A stretch of DNA of 64,000 nt, from the NCBI GenBank assembly GCA_026003475.1, contig BPHJ01000001.1, forward strand, positions 741,189-805,188, in the 5' to 3' direction. This DNA comes from Candidatus Kapaibacterium sp. (GTDB lineage: Bacteria > Bacteroidota > Ignavibacteria > Kapaibacteriales > NICIL-2). Each line of letters begins with the position of its first letter. The first letter of the stretch is position 1. Shown piece by piece: positions 19,346 to 29,178 of the stretch. Position numbers and translations under genes: made by a program. The notes beneath the pieces are model-generated. The model saw only the letters and a list, made by a program, of their open reading frames with translations, did no database searches and had not been told where the DNA came from.

Positions 19346-19528
19346 CTACTGAGCGTCGGATTTATCGCTTTGTGTTGGTGTGGATGGTTGTCCACTGGCT
19401 GCTTGCTTGAATTCCCGAATGCCAGCACCAAGGCCGCGCATCAGTTCTGGAATTTTCCGCCCGCCGAAAATCAGCAATGCAACCAGCAAGATGACCAACC
19501 ATTCCATACCACCGGGGAGACCGAACAT
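19346..19528 (-). CDS. tatA: Twin-arginine translocase TatA
   Basis: [36 protein letters not shown]. Confidence 0.92.
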   Translation of the reverse strand: MFGLPGGMEWLVILLVALLIFGGRKIPELMRGLGAGIREFKQAASGQPSTPTQSDKSDAQ

Positions 19529-19562
19529 GGAAGTTCGATAAGGTTAGTGAAACTGCATGCCA

Positions 19563-20267
19563 TTAGACACCGACGTTTGCAAAATAGTGCAGGAGCGACT
19601 TGAATACGCCTTGTCCATCGACGCTTCCCAAGATTGGATCACAGGCTCGCTCAGGATGGGGCATCAGACCGAGCACGTTCCCACGGCGATTAATGATGCC
19701 GGCAATATTTGCCACCGAGCCGTTAGGATTGCTTTCGTCGGTAATCGTGCCATCCGGAGCGCAATAGCGGAAGACGATATGTCCGTTGGCTTCAAGGTCG
19801 GCAAGCACATCCGGCAGCGCGTAGTAGCGTCCTTCGCCATGTGCGATTGGAATGCGGAGGACCTGCCCATGCTGATAGGCTGTGGTGAAAGGAGTGTCGG
19901 CATTGTCAACGCGGATATGGACGTGCCGGCAAACGAAGCGCTGCTGCGCGTTTCGGAGCAAGGCTCCCGGTAGGAGCTGTGCTTCGGTGAGAATTTGGAA
20001 GCCGTTGCAAATGCCTATCACAAACCCCCCCCGTTCGGCAAAGCGCACAACCTCGCCCATGATCGGTGAAAATCGAGCAATGGCACCGCTCCGAAGGTAG
20101 TCGCCGTACGAAAAGCCGCCCGGCAAGATGATACAGTCGAGCCCTGGCGGAAGTTCGGTCTCCTTATGCCAGAGGAAGCACGGTTCACGGCCGGTTGTCT
20201 GCTGCACTGCGTAGAATGCATCCCGATCGCAGTTCGAGCCAGGGAAAACGACAATACCAACTTTCAC
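19563..20267 (-). CDS. purQ: Phosphoribosylformylglycinamidine synthase subunit PurQ
   Basis: [39 protein letters not shown]. Confidence 0.97.
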   Translation of the reverse strand: MKVGIVVFPGSNCDRDAFYAVQQTTGREPCFLWHKETELPPGLDCIILPGGFSYGDYLRSGAIARFSPIMGEVVRFAERGGFVIGICNGFQILTEAQLLPGALLRNAQQRFVCRHVHIRVDNADTPFTTAYQHGQVLRIPIAHGEGRYYALPDVLADLEANGHIVFRYCAPDGTITDESNPNGSVANIAGIINRRGNVLGLMPHPERACDPILGSVDGQGVFKSLLHYFANVGV

Positions 20268-20524
20268 GGCTCAACATCCTCGATGGTGACGCGGTAATCC
20301 TCGATTATCGGATTTGCCAGTAGCTGGTTGCTCATCGCGTTGCATTGCTCGGTTGCTATCGAGCGATCGGCTGCCTCGAGCTCGAAGGTGATGTGCTTGC
20401 CGATGCGGACATGCTCAACCGTGGTAAAGCCCAATGCATGCAATGCTTGCTCAACTGTTTTCCCTTGCACATCCAAGATTGCAGGGCGGAGGGTAATGGT
20501 TACGGTCGCGCGGTATCGTGGCAT
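20264..20524 (-). CDS. purS: FGAM synthase subunit PurS
   Basis: [24 protein letters not shown]. Confidence 0.95.
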   Translation of the reverse strand: MPRYRATVTITLRPAILDVQGKTVEQALHALGFTTVEHVRIGKHITFELEAADRSIATEQCNAMSNQLLANPIIEDYRVTIEDVEP

Positions 20525-20541
20525 TCGTACGTGATAGGTCG

Positions 20542-21309
20542 TTAGTCCTCAAAATCATCGAAGTCGAAGCGGTCCTTGCGCCAGCGCTGAAAAATGCTCA
20601 CCGTATGGCTGATGGCACCGCTCAGGATGTACACGAGCATGATGGGAAAGGCAAGACTGCCGCCGGTGGCAATCACGAGTACCACTGCAACAACAACTGC
20701 TGCGCTGAACAATGGCCGTTGACGGAATGAGCGGAGCGTTGGTCGTGGCAAATTGTTGTAGCGGATGGTGCTCACCATCGCCAGTGCTGTCGTGATGGTT
20801 ACAAAATTAGTTGCCCCCGAGCGCCAATCTGTCGGAATCCGTTCGGGTAGCAGGTAGAAAATCACGAACGTGACCACGGTCAGTGCACCGGCTGGTATCG
20901 GTAATCCGCGGAAGTAGAGTTTGTCTTCCAGTGATGTCAACTGAACGTTGAAGCGGGCAAGCCGGTATGCACCTGCCATGGCTGGAAGTGCTGCCAGGAG
21001 CATACCCGCCGGACCAAAAGCGTGGTAGTGGGCAACGTAGAGAAGGAGCGAGGGCGCAACGCCAAAGGAGACAACGTCACAGAGTGAATCGAGCTCCACA
21101 CCGATTTCGCTCGATGAGCGCGTCAGGCGCGCCATGATTCCATCGAGCATATCGAAAATTGCTGCTGCCAGGACGTAGAATGCCCCGGTGATCAGAGCTT
21201 GACTGTCGCTGGTACCTTTTGCAAAATGGATGATCGCCAAAAATCCGCTGAACAGGTTCCCGAGCGTGAACAAGTTGGGGATGATGGAGCGTGTTACACG
21301 GAGTGCCAT
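20542..21309 (-). CDS. pssA: CDP-diacylglycerol--serine O-phosphatidyltransferase
   Basis: IPNLFTLGN, DMLDGIMAR...GVELDSLCDVVSFGVAP, RLARFN, FRGLPIP. Start moved to ATG 21309. Confidence 0.92.
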   Translation of the reverse strand: MALRVTRSIIPNLFTLGNLFSGFLAIIHFAKGTSDSQALITGAFYVLAAAIFDMLDGIMARLTRSSSEIGVELDSLCDVVSFGVAPSLLLYVAHYHAFGPAGMLLAALPAMAGAYRLARFNVQLTSLEDKLYFRGLPIPAGALTVVTFVIFYLLPERIPTDWRSGATNFVTITTALAMVSTIRYNNLPRPTLRSFRQRPLFSAAVVVAVVLVIATGGSLAFPIMLVYILSGAISHTVSIFQRWRKDRFDFDDFED

Positions 21310-21331
21310 CGTCAACTCGGTTGAGGATCGT

Positions 21332-21997
21332 TCACGGCATGATGGCGATGACGCTTTCGGCTGCGCGGACTCGATCCCCCTGGCGAACGGTGAGCTGTGC
21401 CGTTGTTGGTACGAGCACATCCATCCGTGAGCCAAATTTCATCATACCGAAACGTTCGCCAGCGGAAACGGAATCGCCAACCTTGGTTTCAAAAACAATG
21501 CGCCGCGCAAGGACACCAGTAATCTGCCGGAATACCACCTTCCCATGGGAAGTGCGCACGCCGATAGTGGAGCGCTCGTTCAGCTCCGAACTTTTGGGAT
21601 GCCACGCGACAAGGTACTCTCCCGGGTGATATTGCACATACTCGACAATGCCGCTTACGGGGTAACGGTTGACGTGCACATCCAGCGGCGAGAGAAAAAT
21701 GCTGATTTGGATTGCGCTGTCGCCGAGGTACTCCTGTTCGACGGTTGGGGTAATCTGGACAACGCGTCCATCCGCCGGTGCAAGTACGTGACGTCCATCC
21801 AATGCTGACGGAGGAACGACTCGATCGGGATCGCGGAAAAACCACACCGCGAATCCTATGACGGCAACGCCGAGACATGCCAAGATGCCTGCTGCAATAG
21901 CATGGCTACGGAGCACATATGCACCAATGCCAAGGGCGATACCCAGGCCAAGCAGGAGGAAAAAGTTATCGTAGCCGTACCGTGTGATAATGCTCAC
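21332..21997 (-). CDS. psd: Phosphatidylserine decarboxylase proenzyme
   Basis: FFRDPDR, APADG, SIFLSPLDVHVNR, KFGSRMD cleavage motif. GTG start at 21997 inferred. Confidence 0.92.
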   Translation of the reverse strand: MSIITRYGYDNFFLLLGLGIALGIGAYVLRSHAIAAGILACLGVAVIGFAVWFFRDPDRVVPPSALDGRHVLAPADGRVVQITPTVEQEYLGDSAIQISIFLSPLDVHVNRYPVSGIVEYVQYHPGEYLVAWHPKSSELNERSTIGVRTSHGKVVFRQITGVLARRIVFETKVGDSVSAGERFGMMKFGSRMDVLVPTTAQLTVRQGDRVRAAESVIAIMP

Positions 21998-22174
21998 GTT
22001 CGCTGCGGACGATATGGTCAACGTTCGTAACTTGCAATCCCGCACGCAGGGCACGGGATGCCGTGCCGTGGAATGGTTCGAGAGTAATTTTGTTTCCGAA
22101 CGATCTCGATGCAGGATGCACTCAAAACTACGGCTCCTTGCGTGTGATTCCTCACCAATCATCGTGGTTGACAC

Positions 22175-23269
22175 ATGAATGTACCTCATGCATCACTGGC
22201 TGACTTGGCAGTGGCTCTTGCACGTACCATTCCCGCCGTGCCACCCAAATCAACACTCTATGTCCTCGAGCACATCCAACTCATTGCCGAGGCTGACCAG
22301 CTAACGTTGACCGCCACCGACACCGAAACAACCATCACCGCGCACGTACCGGCACACGTTGCCGCGACGGGATCCATCTTAGTTCCTGCACGCAAGTTTT
22401 ATGACGTCGTGCGTGCGCTGCCCGATGATCAACCGTGTTCACTGACACTATCGGATGGCAAGCTCACACTTACAACAGAGACCGGACACTACGACTTTCC
22501 GACGCTGCGTGCAGATGAATTCCCAGAATTGCCGCTCGTTGAACATGCAGCATCGGTGACTATCTCGCAGAGCGATGCCCACGCGATTGCGGAATCGGTT
22601 GCCTATGCAGCATCGGATGAGCAGTATCGTCCAGCGATGACCGGTGTCAAGTTCGAGCTTGGGTCGGAGTTGATCGCAGTCGCAACCGACGGATACCGCC
22701 TGGCAACGATCGCGCTTCCCATCGGCAATGCCGGCGCGACACACGATGCAATCGTACCAGCTCGTATTGTGGAGTTGCTCGGCAAAGCAGAGGGTGACGT
22801 GACGATTGGGTTTTCTCCAACGCACGCTATCATCACGACTGCAACCGAACGCATCACCACGCGGCTCATTGATGAGTCGTATCCGCAGTGGCGCAACGTG
22901 CTACCCACCGACAACTCGAAGTTGGCAATTGTTGAGCGTGCTGCACTGCTCCGCAGCATCCGTCGCGTGGCGCTCTTCACAAGCAGCGCCAGTCAGTTGG
23001 TGCGCTTCCGGTGGTCAAGTGGGGCTGTGACGCTCTCGGTTACCGACCCCGAAACAGGAGCGCAGGCGGAAGAACAGGTGCTATGTGAGTACACGGACGA
23101 GCCACTCGAGATTGGCTTCAATCACAAATACATCACCGAAGCACTTGCACACCTACCGAGCGAGCGCGCAACGCTTGCATTCTCGGCGCCTACGCGGGCA
23201 GTCCTGATCACCCCAACTGACGATGGCGCACCACGCGTTACGAAACTGGTTATGCCAATGCGGTTGTAG
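22175..23269 (+). CDS. dnaN: DNA polymerase III beta sliding clamp
   Basis: LTATD, VATDGYRLA, RLIDESYPQW, IGFNHKYI, C-terminal LVMPMRL. Confidence 0.95.
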   Translation: MNVPHASLADLAVALARTIPAVPPKSTLYVLEHIQLIAEADQLTLTATDTETTITAHVPAHVAATGSILVPARKFYDVVRALPDDQPCSLTLSDGKLTLTTETGHYDFPTLRADEFPELPLVEHAASVTISQSDAHAIAESVAYAASDEQYRPAMTGVKFELGSELIAVATDGYRLATIALPIGNAGATHDAIVPARIVELLGKAEGDVTIGFSPTHAIITTATERITTRLIDESYPQWRNVLPTDNSKLAIVERAALLRSIRRVALFTSSASQLVRFRWSSGAVTLSVTDPETGAQAEEQVLCEYTDEPLEIGFNHKYITEALAHLPSERATLAFSAPTRAVLITPTDDGAPRVTKLVMPMRL

Positions 23270-23341
23270 GTTGTTGCAGTTTGTTGTGCTCTTTCTGTCT
23301 GCAACCGATAGGAAAAAACTGCAGTCCTTTGTTTGATCGCA

Positions 23342-24316
23342 ATGGAACAACAGCCGCGTTATGCGATTGGGATTGACGTCGGCGGCACGAGCATCAAGGC
23401 AGGTGTGGTCAGGTTTGATCGAGCTGGTACAGTGCTGGTCGAGCACGCACAGCATGCAACCGCAATGCTTGGTTCGATCGAAGATTTCCTCGGTCTTGTG
23501 TCGGCGCAGTATCAAGCGTGGAGTGCGACGTATCCCACCATCGAAGCGATAGGAATTGGTTTTCCAGCATGTGTTCAATGGTCCGCTGGATTGGTCGCTG
23601 CGCCTCCCAATATTCCGTGGTGGGATGCACCAGTGCAATTTCCACTTCGTGCAGAACTTTCCCGACAGCTTGCCCTACCCGTTGCGGTGGACAATGATGC
23701 AAATGTTGCAGCCCTTGCTGAATGCAAGTTTGGAGTTGCTCGTCAATGGGAGTCCATGCTCTTTGTCACCCTGGGAACAGGTGTTGGCGGTGCACTCATC
23801 ATCAACGGTCAGCTCTATCGCGGGGAGAGGGGCTCAGCTGGGGAACTTGGGCACATGGTGATTGATGCAAGAGCACCGCTTTCCTCTCCTGCGTTTCGAA
23901 CAGGGATTTTGGAGCGTTACGTCGGTCGTGATGCAATCCTCGAACGCGCTCGAAGGTGGTGTGTTGACTATCCGAATTCAAGGCTCGCTCGGATGAATCA
24001 GCTGCTCGATGTTGAAGCTATTGGCGAAGCTGCACGGGATGGGGATGAAGCAGCCCGAGGTGTTCTTGAGGAAACTGCAGAGTTCTTTGGGATTGGTTTG
24101 GCATCAGCCGTGGCGCTTCTGGGGATCGAGCACATTGTCGTTGCTGGTGGGATTGCTGGCTTACCAGAGCTTTTCTTCGACCGTGCGCGCGCAACCTTCC
24201 GTCAACGCTCGCTTCCAGCAATCGCTGATAACGTCCAACTGGTTCGATCGTCCCTGGGAGCAACCGCAGGGGTTCTGGGTGCAGCCTTGTTAGCTCTCGA
24301 TGCCACCTCGGGGTAA
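23342..24316 (+). CDS. ROK-family sugar kinase (glucokinase-like)
   Basis: IGIDVGGT, DNDANVAALAE, TLGTGVGGA, GELGH, AGVLGAA; no N-terminal HTH. Confidence 0.88.
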   Translation: MEQQPRYAIGIDVGGTSIKAGVVRFDRAGTVLVEHAQHATAMLGSIEDFLGLVSAQYQAWSATYPTIEAIGIGFPACVQWSAGLVAAPPNIPWWDAPVQFPLRAELSRQLALPVAVDNDANVAALAECKFGVARQWESMLFVTLGTGVGGALIINGQLYRGERGSAGELGHMVIDARAPLSSPAFRTGILERYVGRDAILERARRWCVDYPNSRLARMNQLLDVEAIGEAARDGDEAARGVLEETAEFFGIGLASAVALLGIEHIVVAGGIAGLPELFFDRARATFRQRSLPAIADNVQLVRSSLGATAGVLGAALLALDATSG

Positions 24317-24372
24317 GGGAACGTTATTTTCGAGTTTCAACGTTTGTGCAATGGCACTTTTTCGCAACGACG

Positions 24373-27294
24373 ATGAACAATGGCGATATCCGCCACAACG
24401 GATACCAAGAACTTGAGACCATCACCATACTCGGTGCACGTGAGCACAACCTCAAGAATGTTTGCCTTGAACTGCCTCGCAATCGTTTCATTGTTGTGAC
24501 CGGCGTTTCGGGGTCCGGAAAGTCGTCGTTAGCATTCGATACTCTCTATGCCGAGGGCCAGCGACGATATGTGATGTGTTTATCGCCCTATGCGCGGCAA
24601 TTCCTTGGCGTACTCCGCAAGCCTGATGTTGATAGTATCGAGGGTATTTCGCCAGCCATCAGCATTGACCAGAAGACCAGTGGCTTTACTCCACGCTCGA
24701 CGGTTGGCACCGTGACCGAGATTTACGACTACCTCCGGTTGCTCTACGCGAAGGTTGGGTTGCGGTATTGCCCAGCGTGCAACGTCCCCGTGCGCCAGAC
24801 CACCAGCGATGAGATCATCGAGTCTCTACTGCAGCTTGAAACGGGTACACCCATTGAGCTGCTGGCGCCCCTGGTCCACGGAAGGAAAGGACACTACCGT
24901 GAACTCTTTGCATCCTTGCTTCGGCGTGGCTACACGCGAGTTCGCACCGATGGCGAGCTGCGGGAACTCACCGACGGCATGATGCTCGATCGGTACAAGG
25001 TGCATATGATCGAGCTTGTCGTGGATCGCTTTCCTGTGTCTGCAACCGTTGAACGCCGATTGCGAGACAGCATCGAACTGGCTCTACAAATGGGAGATGG
25101 TCGAGTCATTGTTCTGGTCGGGCGCGAACGTCGAGAAATAACCTTTAGCACGGCGTACGCCTGCCCATCCTGCGGGCGCGGATTCGAGCCACTGGCGCCA
25201 AATTCCTTTTCGTTCAACACGCCCTACGGTTGGTGTCCGGCATGTGAGGGAATGGGGATTCGGGAGGAATTTCTACCAGATCGGATTCTCCCCGACCCGC
25301 AACGTTCCCTTGCTGACGGGGGGCTTGCGATCCTTGGACCAAAACGTGATACACTTCTGTGGCGGCAGGTCCTCGCATTCTGCAAGCGCGAAAGCATTGA
25401 TCCCAATGCACCGATCGAAACTATTCCACCGAATAAGCTGATTGCATTACTCTACGGGCCCAACCGCGGTCGCACCGTGCTCGTTACTCTCGATGCTGAT
25501 GGCGAACAGCTTGAATTGCCCCAGCAATTCCACGGGGTACTGACAACATTCAGGCATCAATTGACAACGACTAGCTCCACGAAAGTGCGCTCCTGGATTA
25601 CCTCGTTTATGGGTACGGCTCCCTGTGCTGAGTGCGATGGTGAGCGCCTTCGCGTGGAAAGTCGAGTCGTTCGAATCGCCGATCGGCGTTTGCCTGAGAT
25701 CGTCGGTTGGGATGTTGCGCAACTACGGCAGTGGATCCAGCACGTTCCTGCATCACTCTCGAAAAATCAACAGTTGATCGCGCGCCAGATTCTCAGTGAA
25801 ATTGACCGACGATTGGGTTTCTTGGTGGACGTGGGGCTCGATTACCTTACGCTTGACAGGCCAGCCCGAACACTCAGTGGCGGCGAAGCACAGCGCATCC
25901 GACTCGCATCCCAGATCGGCTCACAACTGGTTGGCGTCCTCTACGTGCTCGACGAACCGAGTATTGGACTCCACCCACACGATAATCATGCACTGATCGG
26001 CTCGCTCAAACAACTGCGGGACATGGGTAATACTGTTGTTGTCGTCGAGCACGATCGTGATACCATGCTGAGTGCGGACGTATTGGTTGATCTTGGACCT
26101 CGAGCGGGGGTTCATGGAGGGGAAGTCCTCTTTGCTGAATCTCCCAAGCGATTGCGCAAACTTTCGGGGGCAGTGCGTGAACGGTCACTGACGGCTCAGT
26201 ACTTGCTCGGTGAACGGAAAATCGAGCCACCATCGGTGCGCCGACGCCCAAGCGATCGGTGGTTGGTGTTGGAAGGAGCATCTGGAAATAACTTGCGCGA
26301 TCTGACGCTTCGGTTGCCATTGGGGATGTTCGTGTGTGTAACAGGCGTGTCGGGATCAGGGAAGTCGTCGCTCATCCTGGACACACTGTACCCAATTCTG
26401 AGCAACCGCCTGCATCGGACGACACTGCCCGTCCTACCGTATCGTTCGGTCAGTGGCATCGAACACCTCGACAAAGTCATCGAGATTGATCAAAGCCCGA
26501 TCGGCCGCACGCCACGTTCGAATCCTGCAACGTACACGGGTGTGTTCACGCACATCCGACAGCATTTTGCATTGCTCCCCGAAGCCCGTATTCGTGGCTA
26601 CACACAAGGCCGCTTTTCGTTCAACGTCCCTGGTGGGCGCTGTGAAGCGTGTGAGGGTGCTGGCATGCGTACGATCGAGATGAATTATTTGCCCGAAGTC
26701 TATGTGCAGTGCGATGAGTGCGGCGGCAAGCGCTACAATGCCGAAACGCTGAGCGTGACCTACCGCGGAAAATCTATTGCGGACGTACTGGACATGACCG
26801 TCGAGGAGGCGCTCGAATTTTTCGCCGACATTCCTTCTGTTCGGAAAAAGCTCGACGTCCTCAACCGCGTTGGTCTGGGGTATATCACGCTTGGGCAACA
26901 AGCACCGACGCTCAGCGGCGGCGAGGCACAGCGTCTCAAACTGGCAACCGAACTTGCCCGCAGCAGTACCGGGAGCACGCTCTACCTACTCGATGAACCA
27001 ACGACCGGGCTCCACTTCGAAGACATTCGGATTTTGCTCGACTTACTCAACCAGTTGGTTGAACGGGGAAACACCGTTGTTGTCATCGAGCATAACTTGG
27101 ATGTTATCAAGTGTGCCGACTGGATTATTGACCTTGGTCCTGGTGGTGGCCGCGATGGTGGTTGGATTGTCGCAGAAGGTACACCGGAAGACATTGCGTG
27201 CAGTCCGCATTCACTAACGGGACGCTACCTCCGTGCAGAATTAGAAGGGCAGCTGCCCGCCCCGCGGGAGAAGCGAAAAATTTCGTCAGCGTAG
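24373..27294 (+). CDS. uvrA: Excinuclease ABC subunit A
   Basis: GAREHNLKN, two GVSGSGKSS Walker A motifs, two LSGGEAQR signatures, CxxC zinc fingers. Confidence 0.98.
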   Translation: MNNGDIRHNGYQELETITILGAREHNLKNVCLELPRNRFIVVTGVSGSGKSSLAFDTLYAEGQRRYVMCLSPYARQFLGVLRKPDVDSIEGISPAISIDQKTSGFTPRSTVGTVTEIYDYLRLLYAKVGLRYCPACNVPVRQTTSDEIIESLLQLETGTPIELLAPLVHGRKGHYRELFASLLRRGYTRVRTDGELRELTDGMMLDRYKVHMIELVVDRFPVSATVERRLRDSIELALQMGDGRVIVLVGRERREITFSTAYACPSCGRGFEPLAPNSFSFNTPYGWCPACEGMGIREEFLPDRILPDPQRSLADGGLAILGPKRDTLLWRQVLAFCKRESIDPNAPIETIPPNKLIALLYGPNRGRTVLVTLDADGEQLELPQQFHGVLTTFRHQLTTTSSTKVRSWITSFMGTAPCAECDGERLRVESRVVRIADRRLPEIVGWDVAQLRQWIQHVPASLSKNQQLIARQILSEIDRRLGFLVDVGLDYLTLDRPARTLSGGEAQRIRLASQIGSQLVGVLYVLDEPSIGLHPHDNHALIGSLKQLRDMGNTVVVVEHDRDTMLSADVLVDLGPRAGVHGGEVLFAESPKRLRKLSGAVRERSLTAQYLLGERKIEPPSVRRRPSDRWLVLEGASGNNLRDLTLRLPLGMFVCVTGVSGSGKSSLILDTLYPILSNRLHRTTLPVLPYRSVSGIEHLDKVIEIDQSPIGRTPRSNPATYTGVFTHIRQHFALLPEARIRGYTQGRFSFNVPGGRCEACEGAGMRTIEMNYLPEVYVQCDECGGKRYNAETLSVTYRGKSIADVLDMTVEEALEFFADIPSVRKKLDVLNRVGLGYITLGQQAPTLSGGEAQRLKLATELARSSTGSTLYLLDEPTTGLHFEDIRILLDLLNQLVERGNTVVVIEHNLDVIKCADWIIDLGPGGGRDGGWIVAEGTPEDIACSPHSLTGRYLRAELEGQLPAPREKRKISSA

Positions 27295-27334
27295 TTTTGC
27301 ACCTCTACTGTTCACCACAGCATAACTGATCGCG

Positions 27335-28078
27335 ATGAACATTCTTGTGTGTGTGTCATACGTACCCGATACAGCAGCAAAGATTGGCGCCACACCCGAT
27401 GGAAGTGCGTTGCAACTTCAGGGCGTCAAGTACATTCTCAACCCCTACGATGAGTTTGCTATCGAAGAAGCTCTCCTTCAGCGTGAAAAACATGGCGGAC
27501 GCGTCGTTGCCCTGACCGTTGGCGATGCCGCTGCGACGGAAATTCTCCGCACTGCCCTTGCTATGGGTGCCGATGCTGCAGCAATCGTGACTGACACGAC
27601 GCTGGATTCGTACGGTGTTGCTGTGCAAATTGCTGAGTATGCACGTGCAATGAACGCCGATCTTGTGCTACTCGGTCGCCAGAGCATTGACCACGATTCG
27701 TTCCAGATGGCAAGCACTGTCGGTGCCTTGTTGGGGATGCCCTCGATTTCTGTTGTCTCGAAACTCGATATTGAAGGAACCCGCGTTCGTGCTGAGCGCG
27801 ACGTTGAAGGTGGTAAGGAGATTCTCGAGGCCGAGTTGCCCATTGTCATCAGCGTCCAGAAAGGCATCAACAATCCGCGCTATCCCAAGCTTCCCGACAT
27901 TATGAAAGCCAAGTCAAAACCAATCGAGACGCTCCAAGCACAATCGGTACCGGCGCGGTCGCGACACATTCGGTACGAAGTACCGCAGCAGAAACGCGCA
28001 AATATCATCCTTGGCGATAGTGATGCCGACATTGCTGAATTTGTCCGGCTTCTCCACGAAGAAGCAAAAGTGATTTGA
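27335..28078 (+). CDS. etfB: Electron transfer flavoprotein beta subunit
   Basis: LNPYDEFAIEEA, ALAMGAD, GRQSID, NNPRYP, MKAKSKP. TAGTTTTG promoter element at 27292-27299. Confidence 0.95.
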   Translation: MNILVCVSYVPDTAAKIGATPDGSALQLQGVKYILNPYDEFAIEEALLQREKHGGRVVALTVGDAAATEILRTALAMGADAAAIVTDTTLDSYGVAVQIAEYARAMNADLVLLGRQSIDHDSFQMASTVGALLGMPSISVVSKLDIEGTRVRAERDVEGGKEILEAELPIVISVQKGINNPRYPKLPDIMKAKSKPIETLQAQSVPARSRHIRYEVPQQKRANIILGDSDADIAEFVRLLHEEAKVI

Positions 28079-28101
28079 CGTTGAACAACTTTCCAGAACT
28101 C

Positions 28102-29067
28102 ATGACAACCGCTGTCTATATCGAACATCGAGCTGGTAGCATCAAACGCGCATCTCTTGAAGCGATCACTGCAGCACGCGGCATTGCTGACCGTGTGGTT
28201 GGACTGTGCATCGGAACAGCTGATACCCAGACACTCCGCACGTACGGTGTCCACGAAATCGTGGCGATCGAGCATGCAATGCTTACGCGCTACTCATCAC
28301 AAGCAGTGGCGGAGGCGATTGCTCAGTATGTGCGATCTGCTGCCGTTGGTGCACTCTTTCTGGGTGCAACCGCGCAAGGAAAGGAACTCGGGCCACGCGT
28401 CGCTGTTCTCCTTGAAACAGCGTATCTACCCGATTGCGTCGCTCTCTCGAAGGAAGCCGATAAGCTGGTAGCGGTCCGGCCGCTGTTTGCTGGAAAAATT
28501 CGTGCAACCGTCGAACCCTTGACCGAGCGTGTGGTGGTTTCCCTGCGTCCGAACATGTTCACCGCTCGCCCCGCGGAAACGCCAACGGAGCCAACCCAGA
28601 CTACGTTTTCACCCGAATTGTCCCAAGAGCATTGTCGTGTTGTTGTCACAGATGTTGTCCGCAATGAAGGCAAGCTCGACGTGCTCGAAGCAGACATCGT
28701 TGTTTCGGGTGGGCGTGGACTCAAAGGACCGGAACATTTCGCATTGATCGAGCAATTAGCGGCTGTCCTTGGTGGTGCCGTTGGTGCCTCCCGTGCAGTG
28801 GTGGATGCTGGATGGCGTCCGCATAGCGAACAGGTTGGACAGACTGGCAAGACCGTCTCGCCGAATCTGTATTTGGCATGCGGTATCAGCGGTGCTGTCC
28901 AGCACCTGGCGGGTATGTCATCGTCGAAAGTGATTGCAGCCATCAACAAGGACAAGGATGCACCCATCTTCAAAGTTGCCGACTACGGTATCGTCGGTGA
29001 TGTGTTCGAAGTAATCCCGAAACTCATCGAACAGGTCAAGCAACTCAAGCAGAGCACAGCATCCTAA
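28102..29067 (+). CDS. etfA: Electron transfer flavoprotein alpha subunit
   Basis: VSGGRG, VGASRAVVDAGW, QVGQTGK, GISGAVQHLAGM, AINKD, ADYGIVGD. Confidence 0.96.
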   Translation: MTTAVYIEHRAGSIKRASLEAITAARGIADRVVGLCIGTADTQTLRTYGVHEIVAIEHAMLTRYSSQAVAEAIAQYVRSAAVGALFLGATAQGKELGPRVAVLLETAYLPDCVALSKEADKLVAVRPLFAGKIRATVEPLTERVVVSLRPNMFTARPAETPTEPTQTTFSPELSQEHCRVVVTDVVRNEGKLDVLEADIVVSGGRGLKGPEHFALIEQLAAVLGGAVGASRAVVDAGWRPHSEQVGQTGKTVSPNLYLACGISGAVQHLAGMSSSKVIAAINKDKDAPIFKVADYGIVGDVFEVIPKLIEQVKQLKQSTAS

Positions 29068-29178
29068 CGCCCCGGACTATCGCGGACGACAACAGGAGCA
29101 GCGTTCTATCGTCGTCTGTGCTGGCAACATGGATTTGTAATTTTGCTTCCGGCAGTCGTAGCCACTGGTTTGCACGTA

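Noticed and set aside
24320-24345. Two AACGTT hexamers upstream of uvrA as a possible SOS box
   Set aside because: They do not match LexA motifs I know (CTGT-N8-ACAG, GAAC-N4-GTTC, GGA-N5-TCC) and are too short to support.
27335-29067. etfBA as part of an electron-bifurcating complex with the downstream oxidoreductase
   Set aside because: The genes are separated by DUF151 and a tRNA, there is no adjacent bcd or fixCX, and I cannot identify bifurcating-type signatures by eye.
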